Source: Cyanobacteria bacterium P01_H01_bin.105
GTDB lineage: Bacteria > Cyanobacteriota > Cyanobacteriia > Phormidesmidales > Phormidesmidaceae
DNA: 64,000 nucleotides
Assembly: GCA_039178155.1 (NCBI GenBank)
Contig: JBCDFI010000001.1
Location: forward strand, 39,267-103,266
Direction of reading: 5' to 3'
Shown: in pieces, positions 18,378 to 28,344 of the stretch
How positions within the stretch are numbered: the stretch's first letter is position 1
How the letters are laid out: the number at the start of each line of letters is the position of its first letter
Position numbers and translations under genes: made by a program
The notes under the pieces: generated by a model
What the model was told of the DNA's origin: nothing
Database searches by the model: none
What the model saw: only the letters and a program-made list of their open reading frames with translations

Positions 18378-20105
18378 ATGCGTTATCACAGATTGCTTGT
18401 TGTAGTTTCTTTTCTTACGGCTAGTTTATTTACTACGCCTCGAACGTTTGCGCAGAGCAATACACCAGCCAGTCAAAGCTCTGCTACACCAGCCAATTCA
18501 AGCTCTGCTAATGCTTCTGAATCTGGGCTGAAATCACAAGCTGTTAATTTAGATGATATTGATTTTAATTCTTTGAGATTATCTCTCATTGATGGTGTTG
18601 TATCTTATGCAAACAGCGCAGCGCGTGCAAGGTTTGAACTTTACTGGGACTACTTGCCTGACGACCAAACTTTAACTGAAGCTCGCCGAATATATGCTGC
18701 TAGTGAACCAATAATTATTACACTCTCCAATGAAAGCTTGAAGGACGAAGAGACTTGGATTGAAGAAGTTAAAGAGCAAGGTCATGCTGATAAACTCATT
18801 GAGGCTCTCAAAGTTCAAAGCTTGGAAGGATTAGATACCTTTTCCTCTCAAGGATTTGAAGATTACTGGACAAAGAAAGGTCAGCCAGGTAGAGAACTTA
18901 TGAGTACTACTAATGCTTCTCTGCTATTTGGTGTACTTCGTGACTATAATGCTCTGGTTTCTTTGTTAAGAAGCGATGGAATCTCCTATTCCGTAGATTT
19001 GACTCCAGCACCAAGATCAGGAAACTTTCCTATAGTTTCAGAAGAAAACATTACTTGGCAGATAAAACTCTACCGTTTTGTTGTAAATGATGTTGTATTC
19101 TATAGACATGCGATCCGAGCAAATTTTGAACCGATAGAAGTTACTTTCCCTGGCGAATCAGGTAAAAATACAGAAGTTAATTTAGCTACCAAAGTTAGTT
19201 TTATTGGCTCTGAAAACACTATTGGTATCTTTGAACCAATCTTAAGTGCCAACCCCATCTCAGTAAAACTTGAGGATTCAATTCCTCCCAATGTTAAGAC
19301 GTTGTTTAAAGACGCCTCAGAGAATACAGCAGCTTCATTGGACTCAGTTTTTAAGTTTTTTGGAGGTCAAGGGTTAGGCACTTTAATCAATACAGGACTT
19401 TTAGCAGGCAACGATAATACCAGCACTTTTTTTGGAGGATTAATTACAGACAATACGGTTGATCCAGTAGTTGGGGCAAATTTTGAATTTTCTCCTCTTG
19501 AGTCAACATCTTTTGGAGCTGCCCTTGGTGTTGGAACAAATGATGGTGGTTCACTATTTTTGGGACCAAGCTTAAGAACTTCTACATTTACACTTGGATT
19601 AGGAGTGCAAGTTAGCAGTCAAGATGATGTTATTGATGTAGATCCAGCAGGAGTACTATCGTTTGATTTATCAAGACTTGTAGGGAATAGAAGTACAATA
19701 AAGGAAATCACAGTTGATAACTCTACTTCTGGAGGTAATTGGGGTAAAGTGAGTAGTGAAATAGCACAAAACATAACCTTAATAGAATTGAGTCTGGACA
19801 ATCCCAAGAATGTCCAATTAGAAGGAGAAATGGGATTTACCTTGGTAAAGATAAAAGAGGTTGATGGTACTGAGATAGATGCTTCCGGTCCGCGATCACG
19901 TATTCCTATTAGTCTTCTCGACTTGCAGGAAGAGAACTTGAAAATAATGCCAAGAGGTATCTACAAGTATGAAGAAATCAATCTTCCAACAGGATTTGAG
20001 CTTGATGGGGTACTTGATGGTTTAGAGGTTCCATTAAATGAAGACCCTAGTAGCTCAGCTGCTACTCCTCTTGAGTATGAACTTGTGCCGATATCTACTA
20101 ATTAG
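18378..20105 (+). CDS. Secreted/envelope protein
   Basis: Signal peptide ending TFA/Q; central Gly-rich alternating beta strands. Confidence 0.7.
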   Translation: MRYHRLLVVVSFLTASLFTTPRTFAQSNTPASQSSATPANSSSANASESGLKSQAVNLDDIDFNSLRLSLIDGVVSYANSAARARFELYWDYLPDDQTLTEARRIYAASEPIIITLSNESLKDEETWIEEVKEQGHADKLIEALKVQSLEGLDTFSSQGFEDYWTKKGQPGRELMSTTNASLLFGVLRDYNALVSLLRSDGISYSVDLTPAPRSGNFPIVSEENITWQIKLYRFVVNDVVFYRHAIRANFEPIEVTFPGESGKNTEVNLATKVSFIGSENTIGIFEPILSANPISVKLEDSIPPNVKTLFKDASENTAASLDSVFKFFGGQGLGTLINTGLLAGNDNTSTFFGGLITDNTVDPVVGANFEFSPLESTSFGAALGVGTNDGGSLFLGPSLRTSTFTLGLGVQVSSQDDVIDVDPAGVLSFDLSRLVGNRSTIKEITVDNSTSGGNWGKVSSEIAQNITLIELSLDNPKNVQLEGEMGFTLVKIKEVDGTEIDASGPRSRIPISLLDLQEENLKIMPRGIYKYEEINLPTGFELDGVLDGLEVPLNEDPSSSAATPLEYELVPISTN

Positions 20106-20188
20106 CTCATACTCAAGATAAAGTGTTTGGTCTAACGAGAGTTTTGGAGTAAACTCTAACGCTTTATTCACTTACCCTTGAAGGCATT

Positions 20189-20827
20189 ATGTCTAATGGA
20201 ACTAAACGCGACTCAGTTAAGTTAAATAGTTTTATCACCGATATAGGAAGAAGAGTTAGGATTAATCAAGGTTGGGATCTTACCCTAACACCTGCTGGTA
20301 TATTTCTCACTTTTCTCATTACCGTTTTCTCTGGTATTGACTTGAGTGAAAAAGGTAAATCATTTCTTGGAATCGACTCTAGTAATGTTAGGGAGGCATT
20401 AGTTATACTTGGCGCTACTGGAGTGGTAATACAAACAACAGCAGCTGCATATCCTGTCAGAAGAAAAGCAAATAGTTATCGAGAGCTTAAAGCTGATGCG
20501 GAAAATATAAAGAGTCTTTATGAAGCGCAACTACTTGACAACGGTGAGAAAGAGCTTAATGAAGCTTTAAGCAGCTTTAGAACACGGAGAGCTAATATCG
20601 AATCTATCCCTGAGCTTTCGGAAATTGGGTTAAGGTTTGATATTTTGTCAGACCGAATTAACACTCTTATTCAGGATCGGTTCGACTCTGCTGTTAACGA
20701 TCAAATGTCTTCTCAAATAAGTCTTATAGCAAAGAGAATGTTAGAGGCAAATATGGAGGAAGAAAAAATTATCTCTTTACTTAAGATAGACCAAGAAATG
20801 CTTGATAAGATAAAGACTATGAGATGA
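20189..20827 (+). CDS. 2-TM SLATT/DUF4231-like protein with an Rpn-like C-terminal helical tail
   Basis: Two hydrophobic helices, then KANSYRELKADAENIK; ends IAKRMLEANMEEEKIISLLKIDQEMLDKIK. Confidence 0.55.
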   Translation: MSNGTKRDSVKLNSFITDIGRRVRINQGWDLTLTPAGIFLTFLITVFSGIDLSEKGKSFLGIDSSNVREALVILGATGVVIQTTAAAYPVRRKANSYRELKADAENIKSLYEAQLLDNGEKELNEALSSFRTRRANIESIPELSEIGLRFDILSDRINTLIQDRFDSAVNDQMSSQISLIAKRMLEANMEEEKIISLLKIDQEMLDKIKTMR

Positions 20828-21210
20828 ATTCTTAACACTTGCTACTAAACTTGGCATAATGAGGTTACTCAGGTATTGACAAACTTGGTGCTTCCTTCCA
20901 ACTAACGCTACCACTCTTCTTCGTGAGCCCAAGAGTGGTCCCTGATTTAATCAGTCTTCAAAGACAATGATTGCTTTGCTCTGCTTAAGCCCCTGTAAAC
21001 ACCTTCTCACATCTACTCACGCCTATTATCTCTAAGAGTCCACCAGGTAGTGTGAGGATGCAGCTTGCGATCGTGGAGGATGAGCTTACAAGGGTAGAGA
21101 TCCCCTCGCCGCCCCTCCCCCTCCCCTTTGGCAGCCCATCAAGATAAATGCCATATTAAAAGCGGTTTTCAAATCTTCAAATCTTCAGTCACTCCTGAAA
21201 AACCCTTGAT

Positions 21211-21345
21211 ATGTTGGAATGGTTGGCCGCCTCAACGGGGATAGAGCTAGGCAAGCTGGTGCTTGAGCAAGTCCTCGACTTGAGCAAGCCTGTTCTAGAG
21301 GGGTATGTCCAGGATTTTTTCAAAGATTGCCTGGGGGGTGGGGTT
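21211..21345 (+). pseudogene. N-terminal remnant of a NACHT-type protein
   Basis: MLEWLAASTGIELGKLVLEQV...YVQDFFKDCL resembles cyanobacterial NACHT N-termini; collides with the 3' end of the convergent gene. Confidence 0.45.
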
Positions 21346-21379
21346 ACTGGGAGGGTTTGGCGAGGGGTTGCGCTGCTGG

Positions 21380-24124
21380 CTACCCCTCGCCTTCTGACAA
21401 TATCCCTAAGTCTATCAAGTGCTGCCTGAGTTCTTGAGGGATATTTTTAGCTGTGTCGATTCCCTTGACATCTTTCCAAGAAGTCTCTTCGTTCCATTGA
21501 ACATCTTCAAGGTCCGCTCCAGAAAGGTCCGCTCCATTAAGGTTTGCCCCATTAAGGTTTGCCCCATTAAGGTTTGCCTCATTAAGGTTTGCCGCAGAAA
21601 AGCTCGCCATATTAAGGATTGCCCCATCAAGTCTCGCCCCAGAAAGTCTTGCCTCATGAAATCTTGTCGCAATAAGTCTCGCCTCATTAAGGACTGCCCC
21701 ATCAAGTTTCGCCTCATTAAGGACTGCCCCATCAAGTTTCGCCTCATTAAGGACTGCCCCAGAAAGGTTTGTCCTATATAAATCTTTGAATATCAGGTAA
21801 CAGCCTCTTAAATTCAAATAATCAAGACAATTAAAAGTTATAGGGTTATTACCTCCGATTTTTTGCCCCTGCAAGACCGTTAGCCACTCACCAAAACTTT
21901 TACTATTTGGCCATTTAATGTCTGATATTTCCCCTGTCACCCGTGCACAACTGCTCAACATAGCCAGCAAAGTCGTGGATGCGTTCCGATACATCCTTAT
22001 TTCTTCAATAAATTTAGGACGTGGATCAAGTGTTTCCATTGGCATGCCATGCTTGAGCATGTAGCCTATGAGGTCACACAACGTTTTTTGCCATTGACCT
22101 GCTGTTTCTTTGTCAGAGCGCTTGATCTCATCTCGTAAAAAGTTCAGTAAATATTTATCCAGTTCAGCAGGACCACAAAGGATTGTCCAACGTTTTAGGC
22201 ATTCTTTCTCATCCCAACCAATATCAGGATTTTCCTGATGTCGGGTCAGTTCATCTTGAATCAGCCCTAACTCTCTCACTAATCGCCGAACTGTCAAATA
22301 TTCACCAAAACTCTTATGTGTAAACTCGAATGTTTTTTCACTGCCCTGTAGCCCACTTTGTCTGAAGTAGAAAGCAATAAGCAGTTGAGTTACCCCTTCT
22401 TTGGCATCCTTTTCAAAAAATTCTAGGATAGATTTCAACTTTACATTTGTACAACGCTCTTCAATATTGCTAATCGGAGTAGTCCGACTATTCTCATGCC
22501 AACAGGCAACAGCAATTTCCTCAAGAATGCGGATAAAGTCTTTTTCAGCTACATTTCCTAAAGTTGGATGCTGATACCCGGCCCAATCCCTTTGATAAAC
22601 CTGCTCTAGCAGATCATTATAGACAACATTAAGATTACTTTCTTCAGAAAAGTTGATATCACCCTGATCGTAGCTAAGGGCAACTAGATAATTGAGCAAT
22701 GGTTGGGCCGTTATCTCAATTAGTTTTCCTTTATCAAGTTCTTTAGGTAATCCCTCGTAGGGCTTCCCTTTCAGAGTTCCGTAGGTTTTCCACCAGTCCT
22801 GCCGATAGTCTTTAGCTAGAAGCTTGGCCTCATCAGCATACTTACTTTTGTCGAGTAGATAGTAGGGAAGTACATGTAGAATTTGGCCTTCTTTAGGAAA
22901 TTTAGGTTGATTTGCCTGAATTGCAACGTCACGTCCACTGATGAGAGCTCTGACCTTAGCTTCACTACCATTAAAACCTAACAGTTTATTTTGAACTTCT
23001 CTCACAAAATCCTGAGCGACTTGAGAGGCTACTTTCCCTTGCATCGATAATTCATCCAGACCATCAAAAATAATCAGGAGTTGACGTTCTGCATTATCTC
23101 GGGTTAGGGGATTCGGTGGTAAGATGTTATTTAGATCATTTTTCAGAAACTCATCCATTGAGTCTACGAGATCATCAGATAGCCTAAACTGATGTAGCGG
23201 CACAAACAAAACTGGGAAAGTTTTATTTTCAGATAATTCTGCTGCCAGCATCCGCCCAAACGATGACTTACCGCAACCAGGGCCGCCACAGATCACTCGG
23301 ATGGCATCGGTGCGATCGCTCTTCTTGAGCCAGTTAGTAATAGCGTCTTGCAAGTCAACAACGACACGTTCTGTCTTGCTTACATACTGTGGGTTAGCAT
23401 AACCAAGGCCGTCATCTTTGCCTTTAACCTCGCGCTCGTAATAAGCTCGCAGGGGCATATAGACCTGACGTAGGCTAAAGGCTTCTGCGAACATTTCTTC
23501 GTCTACCTTTTGCTGTAACGAGGCAGAGTAACGATGCCACGCGAATTCTTGTTCACTTGCCTTTCTAATTCTAAAATGTTCTAACGGAGTTGATTCTAGT
23601 GAAACATAATCGTCAGGATTGGTTTGCAATTGTTGACTCAAGGCAAGGACAAAATAGCCGGGCAATCGTTCTGCCAGAGAATTAGCTTGTAATTCTGATA
23701 GTCCCTGCATCCGTAACCAGCGGCGAAAGGGGACTTTCATATCCTGAACCACTTGTGAGCTTTTCGGGTGCCGAGAGAATTCTTGAGAGATCGAAAACTC
23801 GCTTCGTTCTAGAACCAAATCCAGTTGCTCACACAACCTCTTGAAATTTGGTTCTTTTGTGCTCAGTTTCCCTTTAACCCCAGCAGTTAATTCAGACATG
23901 GCCTGCAAGAGCGATCTCTGAATCCAAATCCAAACCGTAGCGCTCGGATTATTAGCTTTAAGGCCCAACGCGCTGACGATTTCAATCCCACTCCCGGCCA
24001 CCCCAGGCCAATTGCCAAAAGCACCTGCGATCGTCCCTTTACCCAGTGCTTTAGCCAATGCACCAAACTTGACCTTGACAGGTCGCTTCCAGATGGATGT
24101 TGGCTGCTCAGGCTGGATATTCAT
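21380..24124 (-). CDS. NACHT NTPase with C-terminal pentapeptide repeats
   Basis: GGPGCGKS, IIFDGLDEL, PLL, FEFTHKSFGEYL; A(N/D/K)Lxx repeats. Confidence 0.92.
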   Translation of the reverse strand: MNIQPEQPTSIWKRPVKVKFGALAKALGKGTIAGAFGNWPGVAGSGIEIVSALGLKANNPSATVWIWIQRSLLQAMSELTAGVKGKLSTKEPNFKRLCEQLDLVLERSEFSISQEFSRHPKSSQVVQDMKVPFRRWLRMQGLSELQANSLAERLPGYFVLALSQQLQTNPDDYVSLESTPLEHFRIRKASEQEFAWHRYSASLQQKVDEEMFAEAFSLRQVYMPLRAYYEREVKGKDDGLGYANPQYVSKTERVVVDLQDAITNWLKKSDRTDAIRVICGGPGCGKSSFGRMLAAELSENKTFPVLFVPLHQFRLSDDLVDSMDEFLKNDLNNILPPNPLTRDNAERQLLIIFDGLDELSMQGKVASQVAQDFVREVQNKLLGFNGSEAKVRALISGRDVAIQANQPKFPKEGQILHVLPYYLLDKSKYADEAKLLAKDYRQDWWKTYGTLKGKPYEGLPKELDKGKLIEITAQPLLNYLVALSYDQGDINFSEESNLNVVYNDLLEQVYQRDWAGYQHPTLGNVAEKDFIRILEEIAVACWHENSRTTPISNIEERCTNVKLKSILEFFEKDAKEGVTQLLIAFYFRQSGLQGSEKTFEFTHKSFGEYLTVRRLVRELGLIQDELTRHQENPDIGWDEKECLKRWTILCGPAELDKYLLNFLRDEIKRSDKETAGQWQKTLCDLIGYMLKHGMPMETLDPRPKFIEEIRMYRNASTTLLAMLSSCARVTGEISDIKWPNSKSFGEWLTVLQGQKIGGNNPITFNCLDYLNLRGCYLIFKDLYRTNLSGAVLNEAKLDGAVLNEAKLDGAVLNEARLIATRFHEARLSGARLDGAILNMASFSAANLNEANLNGANLNGANLNGADLSGADLEDVQWNEETSWKDVKGIDTAKNIPQELRQHLIDLGILSEGEG

Positions 24125-24336
24125 GGGTTGGGAAGGGGATAGGGACGAGTGGGAACGACGAGATGTCGATTATTCTACTGGCATGAAGCCTCCAGGGTGA
24201 TGAAACTTTGGGAAAATTACATGGGGGTGAGGACAGGGTAGTTATGAGACAGTGGCCAGGGTTCCCAGTGGTACCAATGGAGTGCTTAGGATGAGTAGCG
24301 TTAAGGGATCGGTAAGTGGGGTGGGATGGAGATGAC

Positions 24337-24556
24337 TTTAAGGATTGAAAGATTGAGAAGAAAAAGTACCCTTGGGGGTACTGTGCTTGGAGAGGGGTTT
24401 GCGGTATTTGAGGTTGGATTTAGGGCTATAGAAACGGATTTTCGGTATATCGGTATAAGTTCTGTGACTGAGGGACCTATCATGTAAAAGTACTGGATAA
24501 GATACCGGAAGCGCGAGTCTTATCCAGCAAGTCTATCGTTGGATTATGGGTAAGAC
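24337..24556 (+). repeat. Intergenic repeat family B, copy 1
   Basis: Shares TTTAAGGATTGAAA, AAAGTACCC..GGGTACT, CGGTATAAGTT and AAGTACTGGATAA...TCTTATC with 27478-27753. Confidence 0.75.
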
Positions 24557-24569
24557 TTACACACTATGA

Positions 24570-25181
24570 GTGAGAGAGCTAGATGCTGTTATGGGGCTAC
24601 TTGAGAAACTACTTGAATTATATGAAGACCAATCTAAAACGTTAGTCATTGTACTGTTGGGGATTGTGATAGCAGGTTCAATTGGTGGAGGGCTTTGGAT
24701 CAACTCTCTGCAAAGTAGTCTGAATCAGCAGCAAGCACTCAGAGAAGGGCGTATTGAGTACATCAACGAAAGATATCGTACCTTAATAGTGAAAGCATCT
24801 GATGAACACAAAGAAGTTATTAAAGGCTATGAAATATTTAAGGCTAATATTCTAGCTAGTTTTGAGAAAACGAAGAGGGTGGCAAATCAACTAGACTCAG
24901 CAGTTTCATCGCTAAATCCACCTCAAAATATAGCAACACTTCAGAAAGAACTGCTTACAGAAGTTGACACACTAGAGTCTACAATAAAAGCTATCGAAGT
25001 GCCTTCAACGCCATTTCTAAATGGAATTAATGAGGCTTCATTAGAGTATAGATACCCTGACAGTTCTGATAGGAGTCCTGGTCAGTTTTTGATTCCAACG
25101 CTAGTAGTAACTCTCTTAATCTGTTTTGTAACTACATGGTTAGTGCTGCGAATTGTAAAATCTCGAAAAGTAAGACGATGA
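24570..25181 (+). CDS. Membrane protein, TM-coiled coil-TM
   Basis: Hydrophobic helices near both termini. Confidence 0.7.
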   Translation: MRELDAVMGLLEKLLELYEDQSKTLVIVLLGIVIAGSIGGGLWINSLQSSLNQQQALREGRIEYINERYRTLIVKASDEHKEVIKGYEIFKANILASFEKTKRVANQLDSAVSSLNPPQNIATLQKELLTEVDTLESTIKAIEVPSTPFLNGINEASLEYRYPDSSDRSPGQFLIPTLVVTLLICFVTTWLVLRIVKSRKVRR

Positions 25182-25313
25182 GATACAATTATTCAGCGTA
25201 CGGCATGGAGTAAATGAACCAAGAAAGAAAATTGGATTTTGAAGTATTAATAGAAGAATACAGAGCCCTAAAATCGGAAATTAAGAAGACTGTACAGAAT
25301 TTTGTCTAAGACA

Positions 25314-27122
25314 CTACGCTTTTTCCCAGAGCTTGGCTACCATTTTATCTGGTTCTGGTTGTACATCAGGATGGGTTACTTTGTTTCGTTCTAAACTTAT
25401 TACTCGTTGCCGTAGAGTTTCATAACGCCCAACCAATGTACGCATCTTTTCACTCCATTGAATCAAACCCGGATAATATGGAGTTTCATCTGTTGAGTAA
25501 TAGCTCTTTTCAGTTCTTTTAACCCATTTCACATTAGGATTCGTGTAGCCAAATTCCTTCAGAATTGGGGCCAAGTGACCTGCTGCGTAGCGAAGGGCTA
25601 TGTCGAGTTCATCTGGAGCACGATTACCGTAATAGGAATAGTTTTGGTCACCTCGCTCCTGATCCCACCATAATTCTTCCGCTCCAAAATGTTCGTTAAT
25701 AATGCCTTTAGTTTCCTCTTGAAGCTCTTTGACAGTTTGCTTAAGCCTGGAAAGTTCTTTCTTTCCTAAACTCAGTGTGTGTTCGACTTGTCTTTTAACT
25801 CTTGAATCGACCTGGGACCAATACCAATTGGAAAGATACTCTTCAGAGGTTTCTATGAATGCCTCTCTTACTTTCACCATTTCCTGTAAGGCTAATTCAA
25901 TTCGCTCATCATCTGTGTACCTCGCTCGCTCTCGCCTCAGACTCTCAGAGAGGTCTGTAAGAAATGAGCATTGCTTCAGTCCCTCTGTTTTGAGTATTTT
26001 ATGCCCATGCCCATTCCCAACAGGCTCTATTCCCTGAAATGTCTGACCTTCAAAGGGATCTGTTGAATCGCGATAATCAACCAAGAGATGAGGAGGTTCA
26101 TTACAGGCATCTCCTAGATCATCAATAGCTAGAATACGATCATAGGGTATTATGCCGAGTTCGTAGTACCATGCCTTGCAATGGGCTGGAAGTCCATGGT
26201 CCCATACCTCGTGATATTCTTGCTGTAGAGCTTTTCTCTCTGGTGGTTCTTCAGGTGCATCAAATAGCTGTGGGTATACAACGCCTAAATCGAGATCAAG
26301 TAACGCATCCCACTCATCAGTTTGCGGGTTGTAATAGGCATAGCACTTTCGCTTAACAAACATTACTTGATCCGGTGGACGATGCATAAAAAAGTCCCAA
26401 TACCGCCAGGGGGGTGATTCCCAAAACTCTTTTTCATTATCGATCCTGGGATAATCAGAATGTCGAGGATCGCGAATGAGGACTTGTTTATACGAACGTT
26501 TTCTAAGCTCTCCTAAATGTCGCGTCAGTGCTCTTTTTAGAGTGAGTTTCGACCTCAACTGAGTTCGGCTTGTGCGCCTACGTATCTGTAGAGAAACGCC
26601 AAAATAGGCGAATAGTAAATGGTCATACCGGGGCTGAAAAAGTAAGTCCTCTAATTCAGCCTTGCCCCACAGATAAAATTCTTCAACTCCGAAGGATAAA
26701 GTGGCGTCTCGAAAACTGTCTCTTGACCTTTTGGAAAAATCGCACGGAGCAACGATCATATAGCCGTATGGAACTTCCTCTTGTTGAGAGAGGTCATTCT
26801 CGACAATTTGTTTAACTTTCTTAGGACCGATACTTTTTTCTCTTTTACACTGGATGACCCAAACACGAGCACTCCTGCTTTCGTCAGTGGCAAAAGATTC
26901 CTCTTCCTCGTTAATCTCCCTTTCTTCTTCCGCAAAACCTTTCCGTTCTACTGCTCGAATATCAATGCCTTCATCTGAACCAAGACGACCGACAGCCTCT
27001 ATTGAATACCACTGTCTAAAATCATAAAGAAGTTGCCGGATCAAGTCCTCAAACCTGTGCGGCTCAAGATCCTCAAAATGTAGGGGGTTTATGGTGTTTG
27101 TAGCTTGTGCTTTCTTAGCCAT
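25314..27122 (-). CDS. Mrr_cat-type restriction endonuclease domain protein
   Basis: FEDL...DEGIDI...VIQCKR at the N-terminus; long uncharacterised C-terminus. Confidence 0.8.
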   Translation of the reverse strand: MAKKAQATNTINPLHFEDLEPHRFEDLIRQLLYDFRQWYSIEAVGRLGSDEGIDIRAVERKGFAEEEREINEEEESFATDESRSARVWVIQCKREKSIGPKKVKQIVENDLSQQEEVPYGYMIVAPCDFSKRSRDSFRDATLSFGVEEFYLWGKAELEDLLFQPRYDHLLFAYFGVSLQIRRRTSRTQLRSKLTLKRALTRHLGELRKRSYKQVLIRDPRHSDYPRIDNEKEFWESPPWRYWDFFMHRPPDQVMFVKRKCYAYYNPQTDEWDALLDLDLGVVYPQLFDAPEEPPERKALQQEYHEVWDHGLPAHCKAWYYELGIIPYDRILAIDDLGDACNEPPHLLVDYRDSTDPFEGQTFQGIEPVGNGHGHKILKTEGLKQCSFLTDLSESLRRERARYTDDERIELALQEMVKVREAFIETSEEYLSNWYWSQVDSRVKRQVEHTLSLGKKELSRLKQTVKELQEETKGIINEHFGAEELWWDQERGDQNYSYYGNRAPDELDIALRYAAGHLAPILKEFGYTNPNVKWVKRTEKSYYSTDETPYYPGLIQWSEKMRTLVGRYETLRQRVISLERNKVTHPDVQPEPDKMVAKLWEKA

Positions 27123-27134
27123 CTCGAACGAGGC

Positions 27135-27164
27135 ATAGGGATAGGGATAGGGATAGGGATAGGG
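27135..27164. repeat. (ATAGGG)x5 tandem repeat
   Basis: Read directly; about 12 bp upstream of the nuclease start codon. Confidence 0.9.
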
Positions 27165-27477
27165 GTGTTATTCCTCTAGCGGTAGAGTAGTCGATTAACT
27201 GGACATCTGTCCAGCCTAACATACCGATTTTGGGGTGGGTGAGAGACTTCCATCTAGTCCACGAGGAGCTTCTACATCTTGGCTTAACGTGGCGTAATTA
27301 AGTTGCTTGGAGGAGCAACCAGTTTAGAGCTTTTCGAGGCTTTTAGCAGTCTGATCAGAACTGTGGGTAGCATCAAGCTTTGAGAAAATTGTTATTACTG
27401 TAGGTCGAAGAAAGATCATTATTGAGGGTTGAAGCGATTATGTTTGTGGTCCATGACATTCTCCTGATCACAAAGAT

Positions 27478-27753
27478 TTTAAGGATTGAAAAGAGAAAGT
27501 ACCCCTGAGGGTACTACCCTTAGTGAGGATTTTATGCTGAGGGAGGTGGATTCAGGATGGAATGGGATGGAAAAGGAAAATTTAAGAAGAAATTTAAGGG
27601 TTGTGGAGGTCAAGGGGTGTAGAAGTTAAGGGTTATAAAAGCAAAATTATCGGTATAAGTTATGTGCATGGGGATGTTACTACGTGAAGTACTGGATAAA
27701 CCTACAAGCGTGGATCTTATCTAGCAGAGCTGACGTTGAATTACAGGTTAGCT
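27478..27753 (+). repeat. Intergenic repeat family B, copy 2
   Basis: Same blocks as 24337-24556; ends in GTTAGCT. Confidence 0.75.
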
Positions 27754-27888
27754 GGCGCTGCACACGACTCTCCCACTGAGTCCTTGGAAGCTTCCATAAT
27801 GTTTGAAAGCGCTATTGGCTTAAAGAGTTGGCAAATCTAGAACAATAGAGCCAAAATTGAGTTGTAAAATTGCGCTTCTTAAAAAGCC

Positions 27889-28332
27889 ATGACAGACCCG
27901 GCAACTACATTAACCGCTAGCGCGATAGCAACTCTGGCATTTCAGAAGTTCCTTGAGACCGGAGCGGGAGAACTGGCCAAGAAGTTTTCCACTGAGGCAA
28001 TAGCCAAGATGGATACATTGCTGAAGCGCATCTGGGCCAAGCTAAGGGGCAAGCCTCGGGTAGAAGAGGTCAAAGCGGCCATTGACCAGACTCAGAAAAT
28101 CGCTCCAGAGCAGGTCAATCAGATTGCCGCTTACTTGCAGGTTGCCATGGATGAAGACCCGCAGTTTGCCAGAGATATCCAAATGATGGCGCAGGAAATT
28201 AACGCGGGTAAGCTGGTTGACCAGAGCAGCATGACCCAGAATAACTATGATCAGGCCAAGGGTTGGCAGACCAAGGTGGAAGGTGGTACTGCCTACATTG
28301 GTGAGATTCACATTCAGGGCAAGCAAGATTAG
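27889..28332 (+). CDS. Bell-domain effector with C-terminal amyloid signalling motif (BASS-like)
   Basis: MTDP...hydrophobic N-terminal helix...DPQFA, then MTQNNYDQAKGWQTKVEGGTAYIGEIHIQ; directly upstream of an NLR. Confidence 0.75.
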   Translation: MTDPATTLTASAIATLAFQKFLETGAGELAKKFSTEAIAKMDTLLKRIWAKLRGKPRVEEVKAAIDQTQKIAPEQVNQIAAYLQVAMDEDPQFARDIQMMAQEINAGKLVDQSSMTQNNYDQAKGWQTKVEGGTAYIGEIHIQGKQD

Positions 28333-28344
28333 GGATAGGTAAGG

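Noticed and set aside
21510-21770. DNA tandem repeats of 15/30 bp
   Set aside because: Fully explained by pentapeptide-repeat coding sequence.
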